Shown here: positions 59,301 to 64,000 of the stretch, piece after piece
How the letters are laid out: every line of letters starts with the position of its first letter
Position numbering within the stretch: position 1 is the stretch's first letter
NCBI GenBank assembly: GCA_963833575.1
Contig: CAWHXY010000007.1
Span: 96,001-160,000, forward strand
DNA from: Candidatus Bathyarchaeota archaeon
GTDB taxonomy: Archaea; Thermoproteota; Bathyarchaeia; Bathyarchaeales; Bathycorpusculaceae
Direction of reading: 5' to 3'
DNA: 64,000 nucleotides
Made by a program: the position numbers and the translations under genes
Notes under the pieces: generated by a model
Database searches by the model: none
What the model was told of the DNA's origin: nothing
What the model saw: the letters and a program-made list of their open reading frames with translations, nothing else

Positions 59301-61742
59301 TTGATGAGTAAGAAAACTGAGGATTCACCGATTGTTCAAATAAACTTCGCTATTCCACCACAGACACATACTTCCATGTATCTTATGCACAAATATTGGG
59401 CAAGAAAACCGCATAATGTGGTAAGAGAATACATTGAACATTATAGTTCAGAGGGAGATGTGGTTCTTGACCCCTTTAGTGGTAGCGGTGTGACAGCGAT
59501 AGAAGCTTTGAAAGCAAAAAGGAAAGCAATCGCCACTGACCTTGACCCTACATCAACATTTATCACTAAAATGACAATTAGCAACGTAAACTTGGAGGAA
59601 TTTCAGAAAAGCTTTGACAGTTTAAAAAAGAATCTAAAAATCAAGATTGATCCTCTCTATGAAACAATTTGCCCAAAATGTGGCGTACACGTTTTCGCTC
59701 AAGCAGCAATATGGAACGAAACTGAGCTTAAGGCGATAAGACTATCATGTAAATGTTCAAAAAAGACACTTTGGAAAAAACCTTCAAGATACGATTTTCA
59801 AAAATTGAAAGAAATTGAAAACACCAAAATTTCACATTGGTATCCAAAGAACCGATTAGTTTGGAATACCCGAATAAATGTTAACAAAGGAGAGGTCGTA
59901 TCAGACCTTTTTACTAAAAGAAATCTCATCTCTCTTTCTCTAATTTTTGACAAAATAAACTCAATCAAAGATCCAAAGATCAAAGAGTTAATGCGTTTTA
60001 CTTTTACCTCTACACTTGGTCAGGCAAGCAAAATGGTATTTGTGATAAGAACAAGAGGAAGAGCAAAAGGTGAACAAGTTAAATCCAGTCCAGAGGTTGG
60101 AAGTTGGGCAACCAGAGGATATTGGGTTCCCCCAGAATACTTTGAGATCAACGTTTGGAATTGTTTTGAAGAAAGATTTAACAAAGTTCTGAGAGGAAAA
60201 ACTGAATCCAATAATGAACTACCAAATCCTTCAGAAGCAGTTGATTTTGAAGATTTGAAAAAGAATAAAGACTACTTGATTAAAAACTTGGATGTAATTG
60301 AGTTATCTTCTCTCATTCCAGATGAAAGCGTTGATTATGTTTTTACAGATCCCCCTTATGGTGATAGCGTACCATATCTTGAACTGGATTATCTTTGGTC
60401 ATCTTGGCTCGGTTTTAATCCTGATTTTGGTAGTGAAATCATTATTAGTGATAGCCCTGACAGAAAGGAAAAGAACTTTGATATGTACGGTAAAATGCTT
60501 TCAACAGCCTTCAGAGAAATTTATCGAGTGCTTAAGAAAGGAAAATATCTAACTGTAACTTTCCACAACACCGACATTCAAATTTATAATTTAATAATTA
60601 GCACAGTGGTATTGGCAGGTTTTGATCTTGAAAAAATCATTTATCAACCACCAGCAAGAACATCGCCTAAAGGTTTACTCGCACCTTATGGAAGTGCTGT
60701 TGGTGACTATTACATTAGGTATAGAAAACCTGAGGTAGAAAGGGGAGTAATCAACAATCAAGAAATTGACCAAGAAAGGTATGAGCGAATAGTAGTAGAT
60801 TCTATTAAACACATTATCGCTAAAAGAGGAGAACCAACTCCATACTCCATAATTGTCAACAATTATTCTGTGATTTATGAACGACTAAAAGATAACGGTT
60901 TGCTCTTTACAGCCCCACAAACTGTTGAACAAATATTAAAAAAAGAACTCAATAAGGAGTTTATTTTAAAAGACAACAAATGGTGGTTTAAAGATCCCTC
61001 AGTCGTTCCATATATTGAGCAAGTTCCACTTAATGAAAGATTAGAAATCGTAGCCTTAAATGTCTTAAACCAAAAAATCAAAGTTACGTTTGATGATGTT
61101 CTCAGAGAAGTCTTTACATTATTTACTAATGCACTAACACCCGACATACAAGGTGTAAGAGAAGTTTTATCAGAACTTGCTGTTCAAACAAAAGATGGAA
61201 AATGGATGCTAAAACCGAGTATAAAACAAAGACTAAGTGAGCATGACACTATTGTTGAAACAATCGCCAAAATTGGAGAACTTGCTGGGTTTACCGTTTA
61301 TGCTGACATCCCAAACTACAGAGTGAAGTTAAGTCTTCCGTCTATTCCTCAACAGAATTTAGACCGTATCCAAGAAATTGATGTCTTATGGATTAAAGAT
61401 GGGAAAATTGCTTACGAGTTTGAAGTTGAAAACTCTACTGGAATAACGGAAGCAATAGTTAGAGGCTCAAACATTCCATACACTACCGTAAAAAGGTACA
61501 TCGTCATTCCAGAGGAAAGACAAGCATTCTTTTATCAAAAAATCTCCGAACCGCTGATTAAAGATAAAATAGAAAAATTATGGGGTTTTGTTTTCTACGA
61601 TAGCATTGTTACCTTTTACGAGCAACACAAAAAGAAAACAAAAGTTGAAGCATCAGACTTCGACAAAGTTTGCAGTGTTCTTAAGTTAAAAACAATTAAG
61701 CAAGAGACAATTCAAGGTTTTGAAGAAAAGAAAGAGAAGTAA
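59301..61742 (+). CDS. DNA amino-methyltransferase fused to a C-terminal PD-(D/E)XK-like domain
   Basis: HKYWARK, LDPFSGSG, Zn finger CPKC, TDPPY, LTVTFH; C-terminal EIDVLW...FEVENST. Confidence 0.88.
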   Translation: MMSKKTEDSPIVQINFAIPPQTHTSMYLMHKYWARKPHNVVREYIEHYSSEGDVVLDPFSGSGVTAIEALKAKRKAIATDLDPTSTFITKMTISNVNLEEFQKSFDSLKKNLKIKIDPLYETICPKCGVHVFAQAAIWNETELKAIRLSCKCSKKTLWKKPSRYDFQKLKEIENTKISHWYPKNRLVWNTRINVNKGEVVSDLFTKRNLISLSLIFDKINSIKDPKIKELMRFTFTSTLGQASKMVFVIRTRGRAKGEQVKSSPEVGSWATRGYWVPPEYFEINVWNCFEERFNKVLRGKTESNNELPNPSEAVDFEDLKKNKDYLIKNLDVIELSSLIPDESVDYVFTDPPYGDSVPYLELDYLWSSWLGFNPDFGSEIIISDSPDRKEKNFDMYGKMLSTAFREIYRVLKKGKYLTVTFHNTDIQIYNLIISTVVLAGFDLEKIIYQPPARTSPKGLLAPYGSAVGDYYIRYRKPEVERGVINNQEIDQERYERIVVDSIKHIIAKRGEPTPYSIIVNNYSVIYERLKDNGLLFTAPQTVEQILKKELNKEFILKDNKWWFKDPSVVPYIEQVPLNERLEIVALNVLNQKIKVTFDDVLREVFTLFTNALTPDIQGVREVLSELAVQTKDGKWMLKPSIKQRLSEHDTIVETIAKIGELAGFTVYADIPNYRVKLSLPSIPQQNLDRIQEIDVLWIKDGKIAYEFEVENSTGITEAIVRGSNIPYTTVKRYIVIPEERQAFFYQKISEPLIKDKIEKLWGFVFYDSIVTFYEQHKKKTKVEASDFDKVCSVLKLKTIKQETIQGFEEKKEK

Positions 61743-61798
61743 CCAAAACAGATGAAATACGTATGAAAACCTAACAAGGACATTACTCTCCAAAGTAT

Positions 61799-61903
61799 CT
61801 ACTTATTGTTTTTTCTCTTGGGTTCTGTGAGGATCAGATAGAGTATGCCTACAAAGATTAGAACCATGAAGATAAGAGCAATAGTGAATAAGCCATTATC
61901 CAT
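61799..61903 (-). CDS. 34-aa single-TM peptide coupled to the integrase
   Basis: TAATG overlap, GGAG RBS; MDNGLFTIALIFMVLIFVGILYLILTEPKRKNNK. Confidence 0.55.
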   Translation of the reverse strand: MDNGLFTIALIFMVLIFVGILYLILTEPKRKNNK

Positions 61904-63015
61904 TAAGACTCCTTCTTCTCATATTTTTGTTTTGCCAATACTTCATGTGTCAGTTGTTCTATAGGTGTCCGTTTTATTTCATCAATTCCCTTTGCTATGT
62001 CTGGGGTAGAAACTTCAGTAATATTGTATTCTTGCTGTAATTGCTTAATTGCTGCTCTGATACTGTCTTGTGGTATTGTTTTCTCTATAACCTTTTGAAG
62101 AAGTTCAATTCTTGTTTTTAATATACTGTTCTCTTTTTCAAGGCTCGATACTACTTCTTCGAGTTTAGAAACTTTACCGTTACCATTTTTAGGTTCTAAA
62201 GGCATTGAATCAATTACTCTTTGCCACGAGTTTTTCAAGTCGTTTCTATCTAGCATATAGGTAAGTAGTGAACTATCAACAGACTTGAATGAGAGAATCT
62301 TAACTATTGGTTCACTAAGACCTAAGTTTATTGCTGCTGAAATCCATATTTTACGGAATAGATGTTGATTGATTCTTTTGTTAAATCCAGCAACAGTACA
62401 AGCATTTACCATCATTTTATCAATCCCTCTTGCGGTTGTTGGAAGTTGAATATTAGCTGTTTTCAACTGTCTAAATAACGCTTGAGTTTCTGGAGTAATG
62501 TAGACTTTACCAACTACGTTTTCTTTTTGGCTTAATACTAAAAACTCACCACTCTCTATTTGATCTGAAGTTATTTTCAATAAGTCGCTCATTCTCGCTG
62601 GGCAATCACGACTAAGACTAACCCATGCTTTAACAGCAACATCATTGAATTTGTAGATCTTCTGTATATCTTCAAGTGTAGGTCTCCAACTCTCAATTTT
62701 AATTCCGATCTTAGGCAATTTGTGTTTTAATTTTAAAGGCTGTCCAATATAAGTAAAGAAACTCTGTATTGAAACAACTCTCATACGAGCAGAGTTTTGA
62801 CTTAATTTCTTCTCGGATTGAAGCCATTGAAAAAACTGTAGTACTCGCAATTCAGGTTTAGGTAAATCCTTTAGTTCTTCAGTCTTACTAAGTTCAAGAA
62901 ACTCAAGGAAATATTTAATTGCTGAATGGTATTGGGTTCTTGTTGATTCACCTAATATTTGGCTTAACCATTCTTCTTCTAATCCCATATTCTCATTCAT
63001 TCTTTCGCTCTCCAT
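61903..63015 (-). CDS. Tyrosine recombinase/integrase with a C-terminal coiled coil
   Basis: STRTQY SAM-like domain, ARMSDLL (Arg), HLFRK (HxxR), LLTY (Tyr); LGH replaced by LSFK. Confidence 0.85.
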   Translation of the reverse strand: MESERMNENMGLEEEWLSQILGESTRTQYHSAIKYFLEFLELSKTEELKDLPKPELRVLQFFQWLQSEKKLSQNSARMRVVSIQSFFTYIGQPLKLKHKLPKIGIKIESWRPTLEDIQKIYKFNDVAVKAWVSLSRDCPARMSDLLKITSDQIESGEFLVLSQKENVVGKVYITPETQALFRQLKTANIQLPTTARGIDKMMVNACTVAGFNKRINQHLFRKIWISAAINLGLSEPIVKILSFKSVDSSLLTYMLDRNDLKNSWQRVIDSMPLEPKNGNGKVSKLEEVVSSLEKENSILKTRIELLQKVIEKTIPQDSIRAAIKQLQQEYNITEVSTPDIAKGIDEIKRTPIEQLTHEVLAKQKYEKKES

Positions 63016-63114
63016 TTAGGTTTTATGGATTAGAGATCAGAACTGTTGGTTCTTGCTTACTGGTAAAAAGCACACTGTATTATTTATTGAAAGGACACGT
63101 TGTCCCTAAGTGCG

Positions 63115-64000
63115 TTACCTCTTTTTTAGCCTTGGAAATAGGTTCATTGCATTTTCTTTCCCGATTGCTTCTATGTATTTTGTATTAAAGCCCGCGTATT
63201 CCCGTATGGCTTTAATCGTTAAAGGCAAGACGGTTTCGGGCGCAAAAATATAATCCGTTCCGAACACGATTTTCGAAGTATCAACGAGCGTTTGAAGCGA
63301 AGAAAAAGCATGCGGGGAAGTCGAAAGAGCCGTATCATAATAGAATTTTTTTAGATAAAAGTCAAGGCCTTTGGGCATGTTTTCCTTAACTTTTAAGTAT
63401 AGAGCAAGATGTTCCGGCATAGCTTCTTTGAGTTTAGGAACAACAGAGGAAATCAATCCAGCTGCCATCGCAATAGATGAACGTGCTCCCCTTACGCTTT
63501 CAAAGGCAGAAAATATGATGCTTAATCTTGCAGCTGTATAGGGAACTGTTCCACCCGCATGGGCAAGGATAAAACGCACATCAGGATACTTGTCTGTGAC
63601 GCCGTTCAGAATCAGGGAGACTGCAGTCCTTGTCGTGTCGAAACATACATCTATCATCGATTCAGGAAACTCAAAGTGCGATTTTTCAATGCCCGGAGGA
63701 GTAGCAGGATGAATGAACACAACTGCTTTTTGACGGTTAAGTTCGGAAAACAACCTGTCAAAGCGGGGGTCACCCAGATAATACCCGTCATAATTCGATA
63801 AAAGCACTACTCCATCAAGTTTCAGCACTTCAAAGGCGTACTTGAGTTCTTATAAGGCAGCGTCAACATCCGGAAGGGGCAAAGTAGCGAAAGCACCGAA
63901 TCTTTCTGGATAATCGCTAATCAATTCTGCACATATTTTATTTGTTTGTCTTGATAAAGCTCTTGCAAATTCCAGCGAAGGATCTTTATCTTTAAAATAA
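63115..64000 (-). pseudogene. Amidohydrolase-2 family gene with an in-frame TAA at 63850-63852; runs off the window edge
   Basis: RFGAFATLPLPDVDAAL*ELKYAFEVLKLDGV, FIHP, LAHAGG, YYDTA, FGTDY. Confidence 0.8.

Larger units (their letters stand above)
54043..63066. mobile_element. Tyrosine-recombinase element bounded by 37-bp inverted repeats
   Basis: 54043..54079 and 63030..63066 are inverted repeats, 33/37 identical; the recombinase gene starts within about 15-30 nt of the right repeat; cargo is typical of mobile elements. Confidence 0.7.

Noticed and set aside
63093-63110. TTGTCCCTAA resembling the IS terminal repeat
   Set aside because: Only 10 bp and lacks the GCGCGC end; explained by a short GGACA/TGTCC hairpin
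40264-63852. TAA recoding suggested by in-frame TAA at 40264, 44803 and 63850
   Set aside because: TAA is the normal stop of most conserved genes here (dnaK, pyrG, glgP-PAS); nonsense mutation or read error is simpler

Overview
64-kb archaeal chromosome segment, most likely Bathyarchaeia. This rests on TiaS, DGGGP synthase, archaeal-type AlaRS, stand-alone Lrp/AsnC domains and paralogous PQQ-like beta-propeller surface proteins ending in TM-RKRP. The left 52 kb is core and accessory housekeeping: grpE-dnaK, alaS, tiaS, pyrG, NikR plus a metal ABC transporter, rubrerythrin, a lipid/kinase operon, a radical SAM protein, trmI, a PadR pair, npdG and glgP-PAS. It also holds two decayed DDE insertion sequences in inverted orientation and several pseudogenes. 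From about 53 kb there is an integrated island: a tRNA 3'-end fragment, then a 9-kb segment bounded by 37-bp inverted repeats that carries a tyrosine recombinase, a methyltransferase-nuclease fusion, and ParB-like, PD-(D/E)XK and Zn-finger genes. Signals not in the ORF track: (1) a twice-occurring module of a conserved ~68-bp leader, a copy-specific 10-bp-period repeat array and a double-AbrB gene; (2) two C/D-box sRNAs, both with a CAGA D box, predicted to guide 23S Gm2251 and Am1913; (3) the inverted-repeat-bounded recombinase element and a recurring AGAAC-N5-GTTCT motif; (4) a NikR-type operator; (5) a thymidylate-kinase-like gene with no canonical start codon, in frame behind an amber stop. 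All alignments were done by eye and no database searches were run.
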